64,000 nucleotides of DNA, from contig MNCI01002560.1 in NCBI GenBank assembly GCA_015680685.1, forward strand, positions 595,496 to 659,495, given 5' to 3'. Source of the DNA: Gnetum montanum. Its lineage: Eukaryota > Plantae > Gnetophyta. The translations under genes and the position numbers were made by a program. Each line of letters opens with the position of its first letter. Position 1 is the first letter of the stretch. The notes under the pieces were generated by a model. That model had not been told where the DNA came from, did not search any database, and saw only the letters and a program-made list of their open reading frames with translations. Positions 1 to 12,390 of this stretch are shown in pieces.

Positions 1-787
1 CTAGGCTAGAACGTGTGATAAGTACAACTTAGTTACGAGCACCCATGGGTGTGTACGGCTAGCTAAGGAATCAACAGCTTATCACACTTAGGCTAAATAG
101 GTGCCTTAGTACGACCACTTTANACAAGTGCTTGAAGTGGTCGTACTAAGGCACCTATTTAGCCTAAGTGTGATAAGCTGTTGATTCCTTAGCTAGCCGT
201 ACACACCCATGGGTGCTTGTAACTAAGTTGTACTTATCACACGTTCTAGCCTAGTGATGAGCAGCCGATTCCTTGACTAGCCATACACACTGAACTACCA
301 CTGGGATTACCAAGCACAGAATCCTGGAATATGTTACTGGGTTACCAAGCAGTCAATGCTCATAGTCAAGTCGTACTCATGCGTTGCGACAAGCAGCCGA
401 GTCCTTGATTAGCCGTACACGTCCGTAGACACTCATAATCAAGTTGTACTTGTGCGCACTAGGAAAGTAGTAAATAAACAACAATAAAACAATGTGCTGC
501 AAGGTTTATCCAATCAAGTTCGTCTTTATTACCATACACAACTTGGGTTTAGGTTACAAGCTGCACGAATAAAGAGCCGTTCACTCTAGGACTCCTACTG
601 CGGGCACATGGGGAAAAATTCTAACTCTGGAGTGATCAATCTGCCAGAGCTTCGCTACTTCTAGCTAGGATTCTGAAATGAGAGGAGTGTAGCCTCTTAT
701 TTATAGATATGGTGGTGGACCGCGATATCGCATACGTGATATCGCATGGGATGAGATATCGCGGCACATGTAGGTTGCGTCTCATCA
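1..787 (-). mobile_element. Young Athila-like LTR (partial, runs off the window) inserted into the gag of an older Athila-like element
   Basis: Ends ...GCGTCTCATCA at 787 like the young LTRs at 51655 and 55195. Carries GCGATATCGC motifs (721-765) and retains CpGs. Directly abuts a truncated gag frame at 788. Confidence 0.8.
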
Positions 788-1042
788 CTTGCGATGTCTG
801 TAGGATATTCGAATAGCCTCTTGTATTTGTGTTAGAGTTGTAGTGGCCAGTATGGGTTCATCATCACTGGGTAAGTTATGCATTCGTGAGTTGGGATGAT
901 GTTGTCTTTGTTTATGTTCATAAGAAACTCCTACATCAGATTGAGTACTCCAAAATTCGTCTTCTTCATCATCTAATTTGTTGGTTATCCAATGAATTAT
1001 CCTACTAGTTTTCATGTTATCATAATCTTGTGAGAGAGACAT
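788..1042 (-). pseudogene. N-terminal fragment of Athila-like gag, truncated by LTR insertion
   Basis: ORF ...SDDEPILATTTLTQIQEAIRISYRHRK aligns with the gag at 40670-41500 (...ATKSLMHIIKAIQISCRHHK). It lies just downstream of the PBS and LTR. Confidence 0.75.
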
Positions 1043-1152
1043 TGTGTGTGAATTTGTGTGTGACTTGATTGAAATTAATTTCTTTTATAAAAGATGTATC
1101 ATGAATACTTTGTTACCATGATCTTGTATGATGTAACTAATCTAAATAACTA

Positions 1153-1177
1153 GCACCATCCTTCGAAACAATGCCAA
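1153..1177 (-). promoter_or_regulatory. Degenerate Athila-type primer-binding site
   Basis: Minus strand reads TTGGCATTGTTTCGAAGGATGG, a decayed TGGCGCCGTTGCCGGGGA, immediately after the LTR end. Equivalent sites lie at ~41615-41638 and ~46928-46946. Confidence 0.65.
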
Positions 1178-2021
1178 TGATGAGTGGCTAGGTACCCCTA
1201 TACTCAACCATACGAATACAAGCATTTCATGCATGATCAAGTCAAACCCTGCAGATGGGCTAGTTGTGGTATCTAGATAGTTACTCGTTGATCGTAGTTC
1301 ACTGTCTTCCCACCTAGACTAGTATTTTCTTTGTCATGTATGGTTTAGTCTAGAGTGAGGTGTATGATGTGTTCCTAAACTAATTCTCCTCCTAGAGACA
1401 ATGGAAAATAATCTTTAATTAAGTTAGGAGGAAAGGAGAGAGAGAGAGTTAAACCAATAGGAGATAGGAAGAGAGAATCTAAGCTAGCCTAAGTCTGATG
1501 AGCATCCGTTCCTTAATCATCCATACACATCTTAGGCCTTGTGCACGACTACCACTAGGATTACCAAGTGCATGGCCTAAATACGTTACTGGGATACTGA
1601 GTAGTTACACGTAGATGCTAGTGATTAAGTCATACTCATTCCATATTTGATAACGATAAATAACAATAAAAATTAAATAATTAAACTAAGTGGATGCTAC
1701 ATTGATGAAGTAATCTCGATCTTTATTTCCAGTCATGTGCGTGTCCAAGTACATCACACTCAAATAAAGGATGTCGTACAATTACAATCATCACACTGTG
1801 GGCATGCACTAGGAGAAAGGATTGACAGGAAAAAATAACAAAATGACTCTAACTAAACTAACTCCTAAAACTGACCAGAAAATGCTAAAAGAAACTAACC
1901 CTTTCTTGTGTGCCTACATGTGTATTTTAGGTCTGCATAGGAGTTGCGATATCATGTACCTGATATCGAGGCTTTGATATTGGGGTTCTGATATCATAGC
2001 CTGATGAATTACAATTCATTA
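1178..2021 (-). mobile_element. Athila-like 5' LTR (older copy)
   Basis: Starts TGATGAGTGGCTAGGTACCCCTATACTCAACC (same as 50528). Ends in decayed GATATC repeats and ...ATTCATTA. PBS adjacent. Confidence 0.8.
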
Positions 2022-5000
2022 GAGAACTACTTGAATTTTAGTATAAATAAAACTATAATATTCTTTGTTAATAATAGTGAATTCTAGTTCCTATTCCCTC
2101 CATCTAAGTCACTAACTATGTTCTATAACCACCAGATCCTAAGGATCATATATGCATATAGCTTCTTGGTTGCAGGTTATGTGTGCTATGTCATGTGGCA
2201 AAATAGTGGAATGATAATGAGGCATAAAAGGTGTTGGATCTAATGACTATCAAGTATGGTATAGGCTTTTATTAATTTATTTTAAGTAATTTTTTGATTA
2301 TTTGGTTTCTTAATGTGTTAGGTGCATTGTAGGTTTTGTAGCATATGAAGCTTATAGCTTATTAAAGTAGCTTGTAGAAGCTTCTTAGTGTACAGAAGTT
2401 GTAGCTTATGAAATTGTAATTGTAATGGGAGAAAATAGAAAAAAAAATTAGAAAAAAATTCTAATTTATATAGTGACATTTAGAAAAAGTGTAAATACAT
2501 TGTAGCATATGTGAAGATAACTAAGAAAATTTGTAGATTTGCAAGTATAGAGGGAAACACAAATTGCAGCTATTAAGAATTGAGTTACAATGTATGAAAC
2601 AAAAGCATCACTATGAACTGCACTATAAATAAACCCTATGATTTTGGAAAAATCAAAAATAATTTTTTGTGTCATTGATGGCACCAACAACTAATAGAAA
2701 AAATAAGTGGAAAATTTACAAATGGATTTTGATGAAGAATTTACATAGAGGTCCTCCTAGCATTAGAAAATCATAATGCTTGAAATATTTAGTGCTAGAG
2801 ATTTATTAACTTTTCCATGATTGCTAACAAATATTTGGCACATTTTGTTGCACCTAGAACACCTCCATGTAGTGTACAAACAATTTTATCTAATTTTTTG
2901 CTCTTTGTACATTTCCTTGTACACTACCTAGCATACAAAATTTCCATACCTTGTGTGTCTAATTAAAACCTAAATATTTTACATTATCTCTATAGGCTAC
3001 CCAATGTACAAAACTATAATGGTTAGTGTATGAGGCTAAAATATCAAATTTTGTAGCTTTTGAAGCACTTTTAACTACCTCAAGCTAACATACATAGATT
3101 TTACAACTTTCACAAGCTAGGACGTATGAGATTTATAGTGTATGGACTACACATCTAATATTTTATATTAAACAAATACCCTTAAATTCCACTAATATAG
3201 GGCCATAACATAAATTTTTTCTCACCAAATTGAAGAATTCATAGATCTTTCACCTCATTCATTTCCAACTCACATCTCAAGCATCCACGTTCAATCTGGA
3301 TAGTCATCAGTTGGTTCATCTTTTGTAGCTGTGGGAAAACCCTGTGCATTCTAGTATCACTCATCATCAGTAATCTCTACAAGGAAGCTTCCATTTTCTA
3401 TTGTGTGGAGTCACCAATGGAGCTCTCTCTGTCCTAAATTTAGAGCTCTTTGCCTCATTTTATTCTATGTCATTCTATCTTGTAACAAGACAACATGTGT
3501 GGTTGTTTGGCAATGCCCCAATTTGGGTTACCTTCTTTAATCCTTGTTCATTTTTAAGGTTGTTCTCAAGTTTCATTCACAGTGCTCATAGCTTCCCCTT
3601 TCTCCTTAACCCTATGACTTATTCAGGTTACTCTAATTGATACACTTTTTAATATTAATAGAACTTCTTTTTAGGGTCTGACAACCCCCATAACATAAGA
3701 TTTTGGGAAAAATAAGCCTAATATACCTACCTTTATTTTTTCACCAACTCACAAAGAATTTTGGCTATGGGCTATAACATGAATTTTCTTTGGGATGTTT
3801 TAAAGCTATAATGTTCTTCATTAATGTTTGCATGAGTTTGACTGCATCCTAGCCACCAAAGAGATTTCTTACACTCCACTACAAATGGGTTTTTTAGTTT
3901 ATAAATATGAGTAGACTCAAGGTTGGAGGTCATATCGATAATGTTTTTAGGTAGAATGATCAATACAAAAGGAATAAATAATGAAAAACTAAGGGATCGA
4001 GTAGATGTGACAAAGGTTTTAACAAGGTAACATTAGGATAAATGAAAAATTTAGTTAAAATATAGAATTTAGAAAATAGAAAAAATAAAATGAATTGAAA
4101 ATGTAAAGAATAATATTTAGTAAATGTAGAGAGATCAGCTGGTTACAACATTTTTAGCATAGCATTTTTGTGCCAATTCTAGGAGTTTAGAGGAAATAGG
4201 AGAAAATTTTGAGGAATCAAAAAACTCAAGGTTAGTGTGTTTGTGGGATTTTTACTACATGAGAGATGTTTATGGCTAAGAGAAAAGTGTTGGTGAAGGA
4301 AAATAAGAAGCAAAAATTTTGGTAGCAAAACTCATCCAAAATCAGCTCCTACATGCTAAATACACTAATGTAGACTTGTCAAAATAAGAAAACAATGCTT
4401 ATGCTCATGTTTAGACAAAGAAAGTAAGTAGAGGCCCTCATTTTAGCACCAAAAAACTATAATGAAAGAAAAATTCAATATTAGATACCAAAGATCACCA
4501 TGTGGAATAGTTGTATCTCAAGATCCATGGGCCTTGAAAGGATCTAAGGTATCTTAGAAAGTCTCTTCAATCACCTAAGGACTTAATAGGTCTATTACAA
4601 GAAAGAAAATTACAGATAGTGTGTGAATAATAGATTTAATGATGAATTTACATGTAAATTAATACAAAATATAACTGATATATAAAAATTTGGCTTAAAT
4701 ACTAGAAATTTTGCATTAATCTTGTGGATAATACAAGATGAGAGAGAATAGATCCGAATGGCTAAATGACTTTCAAAGTGTGGAAATATGAATGTTCAAG
4801 GAATTCCATTGAAATTTTTTTTGGAAAAATCATGTATAGTTAGGAATGGTATGTTCTTTATTTTACTTGAACACACCTAGCTTGCTCAATCTATCAATTG
4901 TAACACACTCTTAGTGCTCTTAATGATTAATGCTTGAAGGAAATTGCTCCAGGATCTTAGATCTATCTCTACTTCAAAAGTCTCAAGTTTGGAAGCATTT

Positions 5001-5444
5001 TTAGGATTCAAAAGTTCCTAAAAGTGGCATTGATTGTTGCTTTCATAGCCTATGATTTGCTATTTTTGTGTTGACTTGGTTCTAGCAAGTTTCTTGGGTG
5101 TTGACTTGGTTCTAGCTAGAAACTACAACATTTTTCATATTTATGCTGAGACTAATAAGTGTAGTGTTTTTGACATTTAATGCTAAAATTGGTAGCATTT
5201 TTGATAATATGAACTCCATTACTTTGGTTTTATATAATTCACATTGGTTTTGAAATTTTCTTTCATTAACTACACTTTAAATATTAACAACACTTAGGGA
5301 TCTTGACAAAAAAAGATTACAATATGAATTTTTTGAAGGAACATTAAGGCATTTGTTTTGTTATCAAATCTAATCAAATTACAATTAAAATTTGGCCACA
5401 CAGCTTCCCTATTTACAACTAAATTTTCTTTAAAGTGTTTCAAA
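2022..5444 (-). mobile_element. Ogre/Tat-like element: 5' LTR (~4501-5444) plus long 5' leader
   Basis: Reverse complement aligns with 49314-50520/55200-55700 and 61268-62185. A PBS-like TGGTGATCT follows ...TTCCACA at ~4501. It interrupts an Athila LTR at ~5445. Confidence 0.6.
3214..3687. mobile_element. ~474-bp insertion flanked by 11-bp direct repeat CCATAACATAA
   Basis: Repeat at 3203-3213 and 3688-3698. The insert is absent from the paralogous site at ~17165-17180. Short T-run at the left end. Confidence 0.65.
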
Positions 5445-7273
5445 TATCTTCTTACTTGGATTACAGGTAGCTTTATCATGTATGATTTAGTCAATAATGA
5501 GACACATAATTATTGATGTTGTGTGGTTATAACTAAGAGATATAAAAATATGAAAACATATTATTTAAGTAATTTAAGTAATAACAAGAAAATAAATTCT
5601 AAATTATTATAATAGTAATAGGTATCCATTTCTAGCTTACTATACACATCCTAAAAGTACATATTCATTACTAAGATTACCAAGTGTTATGCTACTATGT
5701 AAACGAAGTACTAATACTCCTAGGATTATGAAGAAAATATGTGTTTATGCTCAAAATCTGGCATGCTCATTCCACCAATTGATTAATATGCATAAAAATG
5801 TAAATATTAACTAAATACATAGACAGTAAATTCCATTGATAGAAAATCTATTCTAAGTCAAATTGCTACAATGAATATGAATCAATCTCAATCTTATTAT
5901 CATTCATGGACTTTTTCTACGTACAATGATACTTAAAATAAGACATCATATAATTAAATAAAATCCATGCTACTAGCACTCACTAAATGTTTATAAAGAT
6001 TAGGAAAGAAAACTTTAATAGTTTGGCTACACTACTAATGAAATGGTGTCAAATATGCAGTAGGTGTTTGCATACTTATAGGAAAATAAATATCCTATGT
6101 TGATGCATATGCATTAATTCATTTTGTTGCATCAACAAGGCTATGCATTAATTCATTTTGTTGCATTAATTCTTTTGATTATTTTCTTCACTTTCTAAAT
6201 GATTAAGTAAATAAATATTTAAGATTTAAATTAATTAAATAATTAGATTCTAAATTAGATAACAGCCTAATGCAGAGTATTTGTTCCCACTCTCTATACA
6301 TAACGTGAATGTATATTAATGTTGTTGGGTTACCAAGTATATACTATTGGGTATACCAATTATCCTCTAATAGGATTACCAAGTGTTAATATATTTTTCT
6401 CAATGTTGTCATACTCATACTACTTATGAATGATAATATTAATTTCTTAATAACAAGAAAGTAACTTGCCTGTAATGTAAATTATTGAAAAGTAGGTTTA
6501 AGTTGCTCCAAGTGCTACAATGGATACAAGACATCTAGATTTTCTTTATTATTATGCAAATATGTCTAGGTACATATGCACTTGAAAAAAATGTAGTACA
6601 ATGACCTGAATCCATGTTGTGGGCACTCAAAAGAAAAATATTCTAACTTATATGGCATGAAACTACAAGAGTTTGGATAAGGAAATGACCATAAGGTACC
6701 ATAAATGAGAGGATGTGTGCATATATATAGGTAATACTTGGATCAACATTGACATACCTATGTAAATGCATCCTAGGATACATAGATAAGGTTTTGTTGA
6801 CATAGCTTGTCTTATTAATGTTTTTGCATACCCTCACAATTGACTAAAGACTCATCCATGAATAAATAAAAAGAAGATTGAGCTTTGTATGGAATTTGGA
6901 AAAGTATGAAATTTTATTAGCTAACCAACTAACTCATTTACTCTGACTAACTCTTAAGTACCATGATATAAAGGTTACAAAAATTGATGTAATTTATAAC
7001 CAAAATTAATAGGATATTATTAAATGGATAGAGCCATGATAAAGTCTTCTCATAGTAAATCTAGAGATNTGATGTAGCTAAGTTTTGGTAAAGCAATGTA
7101 GTAGCTATGATATAGTAGATGTAATGTAGAATCTACAATGTAATAGAAAATTAAAATGTGTCAGCAAGAATGCATTGATGTAGATGCAATGTAGCATATA
7201 CAACATAGCATCTATAATATAGCATATGAAATATCACAAATGATTAATATAATTAATAAAATGATGCCTCATT
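5445..7273 (-). mobile_element. Old Athila-like 3' LTR remnant (interrupted by a probably mis-assembled block at 6169-7068)
   Basis: Aligns with the LTR at 46947-47921. Ends ATGATGCCTCATTA followed by a PPT-side sequence. The paralog is 18967-19853. Confidence 0.65.
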
Positions 7274-8342
7274 ATACTACCACAACTTACTAAAAACATT
7301 TTCTCAAGGTATGTCCATTACAAATATTATAAGATGACCATGGCTAGATTGGCTACCATTATAAAACTTGAATGTCACATTAAAAAATTTTATTTTAGTG
7401 AATAAATTACAAAATGATAAAAAGAATGGATAGACATCAAAGTTTACAAAATTACAAAAGTCCTTAAAATTATTTTGATGATGAATCTTCAAGTTATTGC
7501 TAGTAGTTGTAGTTTTGTAACCTCAATTGTTATGTTGGCTCTTCTCTTCTTATGCAAAAATTTATGAAGGATGAACTAAAATTTATTTTCATTAACAAAT
7601 ACTTTTCTAGGCTGCAAACATGTGATTTTTATTCTTTAATTCTTGTATCTACTATTTGTCCATAGGCATGTCCTCCTCTTGGCCTCTTTTCCTTTCCTTG
7701 TAAAAGATGTTAAACATTAAGCATTTCTTTTGGCATCATCTGTAATCACCAAAGGATAAATATTGGTTTTGGTAATTTTTAGTTAGTAATTAATACTTTT
7801 AGAATCCCTTTCTAGCTTAAAAGTTTTAAAAAATAACATTTAGGAAAAATTTGATTATGAGATCATGTCCCAAGACTTTAAGATAATTAAAATCATTAAG
7901 TTTTTAAAGTTATTTTAATTATTTTTACTATTAGTTACCATATTGTTAAAAAATGGAGTGTTAGGAAAAATTTTAAAAATCATATCCTTAGCCCCCATCA
8001 CAAAATATCTCAACTCTATAAGCTCACAAGTTTTAAAATAACTAAAATAAAAGGTCTTTTTCACAAGATATTCCAAATGCACCAAAATATTGAAAATCAA
8101 GAAGTTTTGAAATTGCTAAAAAACATTGAACTTAGAGGAACTTAAATATAAAAACATTAAAAAATAATTGAAATTGATGAAAAATAATATTTAAATCATG
8201 CATAAATTTAGATAATATGCCCATGATATCCTTGAAGATGTGAGGTTGATTCAAAGTCATGATCAACAAAAGTTATGTAAGTGGGTCCTTCCCAAAGTCA
8301 GCTCCTATACTAATGTCCTTGTATAACTACTTTATAGAAGTC

Positions 8343-9222
8343 TAATGAATAGCAATAATTCCCTACATCCAACTATATGAATTAGTAGCATGTATGTGAT
8401 ATCAAGTTAAATTCCATGAACTTTATTTACCTAAGTGGCCTATATTCCTAGATAGTCAATTATGTAGTTGCTAATTGTTGTCTTTTCAATTCACTCTTGT
8501 GTTAATCTACGTGTATGGTTAATACTGATTGAGGTATAAGATATTTATTTTTATTCTTTTGATTATTTTCTTCACTTTCTAAATGATTAAGTAAATAAAT
8601 ATTTAAGATTTAAATTAATTAAATAATTAGATTCTAAATTAGATAACAGCCTAATGCAGAGTATTTGTTCCCACTCTCTATACATAACGTGAATGTATAT
8701 TAATGTTGTTGGGTTACCAAGTATATACTATTGGGTATACCAATTATCCTCTAATAGGATTACCAAGTGTTAATATATTTTTCTCAATGTTGTCATACTC
8801 ATACTACTTATGAATGATAATATTAATTTCTTAATAACAAGAAAGTAACTTGCCTGTAATGTAAATTATTGAAAAGTAGGTTTAAGTTGCTCCAAGTGCT
8901 ACAATGGATACAAGACATCTAGATTTTCTTTATTATTATGCAAATATGTCTAGGTACATATGCACTTGAAAAAAATGTAGTACAATGACCTGAATCCATG
9001 TTGTGGGCACTCAAAAGAAAAATATTCTAACTTATATGGCATGAAACTACAAGAGTTTGGATAAGGAAATGACCATAAGGTACCATAAATGAGAGGATGT
9101 GTGCATATATATAGGTAATACTTGGATCAACATTGACATACCTATGTAAATGCATCCTAGGATACATAGATAAGGTTTTGTTGACATAGCTTGTCTTATT
9201 AATGTTTTTGCATACCCTCACA
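8343..9222 (-). mobile_element. Old Athila-like LTR (paralog at ~20938-21817)
   Basis: TAATGAATAGC...TTCCCTACATCCAAC start, GGATTACCAAG sub-repeats and ...CCCTCA end, all shared with the other Athila LTRs. No TSD seen. Confidence 0.55.
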
Positions 9223-9449
9223 ATTGACTAAAGACTCATCCATGAATAAATAAAAAGAAGATTGAGCTTTGTATGGAATTTGGAAAAGTATGAAATTTTA
9301 TTAGCTAACCAACTAACTCATTTACTCTGACTAACTCTTAAGTACCATGATATAAAGGTTACAAAAATTGATGTAATTTATAACCAAAATTAATAGGATA
9401 TTATTAAATGGATAGAGCCATGATAAAGTCTTCTCATAGTAAATCTAGA

Positions 9450-10260
9450 GATGAAGGCTTCTATGGCCCTCATGGTTCTTCATCATGTCTTGATGCTATT
9501 TGAGGTTGAGGCTATTGTACTACTACCACTACCACTACTGAAAATTTAAAGGCATCTAGGAGTGCTTTTACTTTCTTATCCTTTCTGCATGGGTCATATA
9601 TGCTATAGGGTACTTTGCCTAGATTAGCTAGTGTAGAGATGTTCCATGGGCATGATAATGAAGGAAACATATTTTGCATGTTGACGACTAGGCTGCAATG
9701 TTTTATGTACAACATCAAATTTCTTAATAAGGATCTACAACTCCATGTAGTCATTCATTTTCATTACTAGCTTTTTAGCAATAATTCCTTGATTTTTGAA
9801 TCTAGTTTTGAGAACATCAAGCTCTATGTTAGTTATCTCCAACTTTTATTTTGTATCTTTGTAAAGATTGAAATCTACCTCATAGAGATGGTGGGAGCTA
9901 GAAAACTTCTTCTCCATTTTTCTTGTTGGACTTCTTATTATTAGCATTTCTTGGTTTCCATAGTAGAGGTTGGCAAGCTCCATGTACTTAGTCATCTCTT
10001 CAATCTATAGATCCATATAGATTTCTTCTTAATTATATGTATTTAGTCCATCAAATATGGACTATCGCACATCATCTCTTTGCTATATTTTCTAGATAGC
10101 CTCATTTACCTTCATCTTAATCAATTTAATCTCATTTTCATTGACCTCTTTCAGTAGTTTGACTTGGTTCCTATAGTGATTTTACACCTTTTCAGATATC
10201 AAGACCTCATTTTTCAAGCATTGGCTACTATAGCTAGTCATTGTGCAACTATTTGTGTTA
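9450..10260 (-). pseudogene. Decayed coiled-coil C-terminal part of the Athila-like extra ORF
   Basis: Minus-strand DL*IEEMTKYMELANLYY matches DLQIQDLTEYMELANFRY in ORF 52071-52508. Confidence 0.65.
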
Positions 10261-10261
10261 T

Positions 10262-12390
10262 GGCATGTTTGCATTGTGTTAGGCTAGGGGACCTTGATTA
10301 CAAAAGATTCCTTGGAAGGTACTCATGATGGTAATCCTACAGAAAAGGGGTATCTTGAGTTATGGGAGCCTAAAAAAAGCCCTTTTGTTAAAGAGGGATA
10401 CTTGAATCATGAACAATATTGAATCCTGAAATAACTTAAGGACTATCATTAGAATTCAATGGGTCTTTGTAGAATTGCATTGATTGGTAATTTCATCAAA
10501 TTGGATTGAAATTATCTAGGATCAACTCCCCACTATCTATCATCCTTTGCAGGTCATCCTTTAGTGCAAGGAAGAAGTTTGTCTCATGACCAAATAGTTG
10601 ATGATAATGGTAGAAGTGGTCTAGTTTGAAGTATGTAGGCAATTGGGAATGATCTTTCATTGCTCGAGTGTGGTGTTTTGCTATTTTTCATAACCACTTA
10701 TGTTTCATTTGAGTGGCTTTGATCATTAATTTATGTTTCATGCCCCCACTCTTTAATAGTTGCTCTAGTAACTTGGATGATTTCATATGTAAGGTAGTGT
10801 ATTTGGACCTATCAATTCTTTCAAACTTAGGTATAATTATCATTGATGTAGTAGCCCTAGATGTTGATGGTTGGTTATTGATGTTATTAGGGGTGGCCTT
10901 AGGTGGATTGGCCCTTGGCTCCTAGTTTGTGATCTTTGTTTTCTTAGTCCCAATTACTATGGTTGTATTGTTTTGTTTGTTTTTCTATTTCTCTCTTCAT
11001 GTATGTTGATTTTTATATGCTATGTAGGCTAGATCATGACTAGCCTTTACAGCATCCTCTATATTTTTAGTTTACAAGAATTCTTGGCTAAGTGACTCTG
11101 GATTAAGGTACTAGAGCTTGGATTTGATGGAGTCATTAACTACTCCCTTAATTATGGTTAATAGGTGTGCTTTAGTGATGGGTTCTAGTATTTCATTCAA
11201 TAGTCCATATCATCACTGAATGAAATTCTTCATGGGCTCTAGGAATCCCTATTTGACCTTCATGAGTTGGTCAAGAATGATGTTAGGCTTCAAGTTATAC
11301 TTGAATCAGTTGACAAATTGGGGTACTAAGTCCTCTAAATAGGATATAGATACCCTAGGTAATGCACAATACCAATCAAGTGCTTTCCCAGTCAAGGACA
11401 TAGGGAAAATGCTTAGGATGGTATGAGGCCATGGATATAAGAATAAGTATTCAAATTTAAAGGCAATAAGATGAGCATTGGTATTACCTTCTCTATTATA
11501 CTTATTAAATTAAGGAATAGGGACACTGGGAGGAAGTATCAAGGGTGGGACTATAAGACTGATGGGATCATCCTGATAGAAGTCCATGATCTTGATAGTC
11601 TATGATGTGGAGACTTTAAGCCATTTCAACTCCTCTATCAAGTTTTGTATCATTTTGAAGCTTGATCCAAGCCTTGTAGTAGACCTATTGATTGTGGGAT
11701 TTGTACATAGGGTTGTGGTATCTATTGTGAGTCTTTTTTTCTTGTTGAGAATGCAATAAATATTTTGCATCATGGTTGTAGCTTGTGGGCCAAACCAAGA
11801 TAAGGATGTTTGTGTTGGTATCTAAGGTGAAAATTGAAAAACTAAGTTGTGTGACCCTTGACTTTCTTGAAGTCCCATGGTGGGTCCTATATGAGTAGTT
11901 AATGGATTTGTGCTAGCCAAAACCACTGTTGATGGTTGCATAGATTGTGGCCATGTGGCAAATGGCATATATGGTTTATAAATCATAGTTTGTGACATCA
12001 ATTGAGTTTGATGTATGACTATGATTGGTGTGGGATAAGCTATGGTAGGATATGGGGAAGTGGAAAATGATAGCCTATGCCCATGAAGAAGACAAGGGCA
12101 TGAGAGGAAGGCTTGGTGGCCTTGTGGGTTGATTGTTGGAATAATCCCCCCAAGATGTTTTCAAGCTCATATTCTACCATAAATTCATCCTCATCTTTCT
12201 ATTGTTTCTTAGAGCTATGTTTTTCATCTTCTTCCTCCATCTCAATCAATTGGGTCAGTATACTCATATAGATGTTAGATAGAGGTATCTAGTCATAAGG
12301 GGAAGGGACATACTCCTTACCATTATGGTGGATAAGTTCAAATTCCCTTTTTGCTTCTACTTTCAAACATGGAATCAACATGTGAATATA
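10262..12390 (-). pseudogene. Decayed Ogre/Tat-like gag
   Basis: Minus-strand ...PIP*FNKYNREGNTNAHL...IFPMSLTGKALDWYCALP...FKYNLKPN, plus a HYHQLFGHETN...LKDDLQRMIDSGEL zinc-knuckle-like motif. Homologous to 56500-57520 (+). Confidence 0.75.

Larger units (their letters stand above)
2022..10005. repeat. Copy 1 of an old ~7-8 kb segmental duplication (copy 2 at ~15433-22600)
   Basis: Colinear similarity throughout with many substitutions and indels. The same Ogre-LTR/Athila-LTR junctions occur in both copies. Confidence 0.85.

Noticed and set aside
176-460. Spaced repeats (AGCAGCCGATTCCTT...GCCGTACAC, GGATTACCAAGC) with a superficial CRISPR-like look
   Set aside because: These are degenerate, irregular LTR sub-repeats in a eukaryotic context, with no cas genes.
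6169-9452. Apparently identical 900-bp direct repeat (6169-7068 = 8553-9452)
   Set aside because: It shows no visible differences despite lying in old DNA, ends at a single N (7069) and is absent from the paralog at 19600-19700. Most likely an assembly mis-join.
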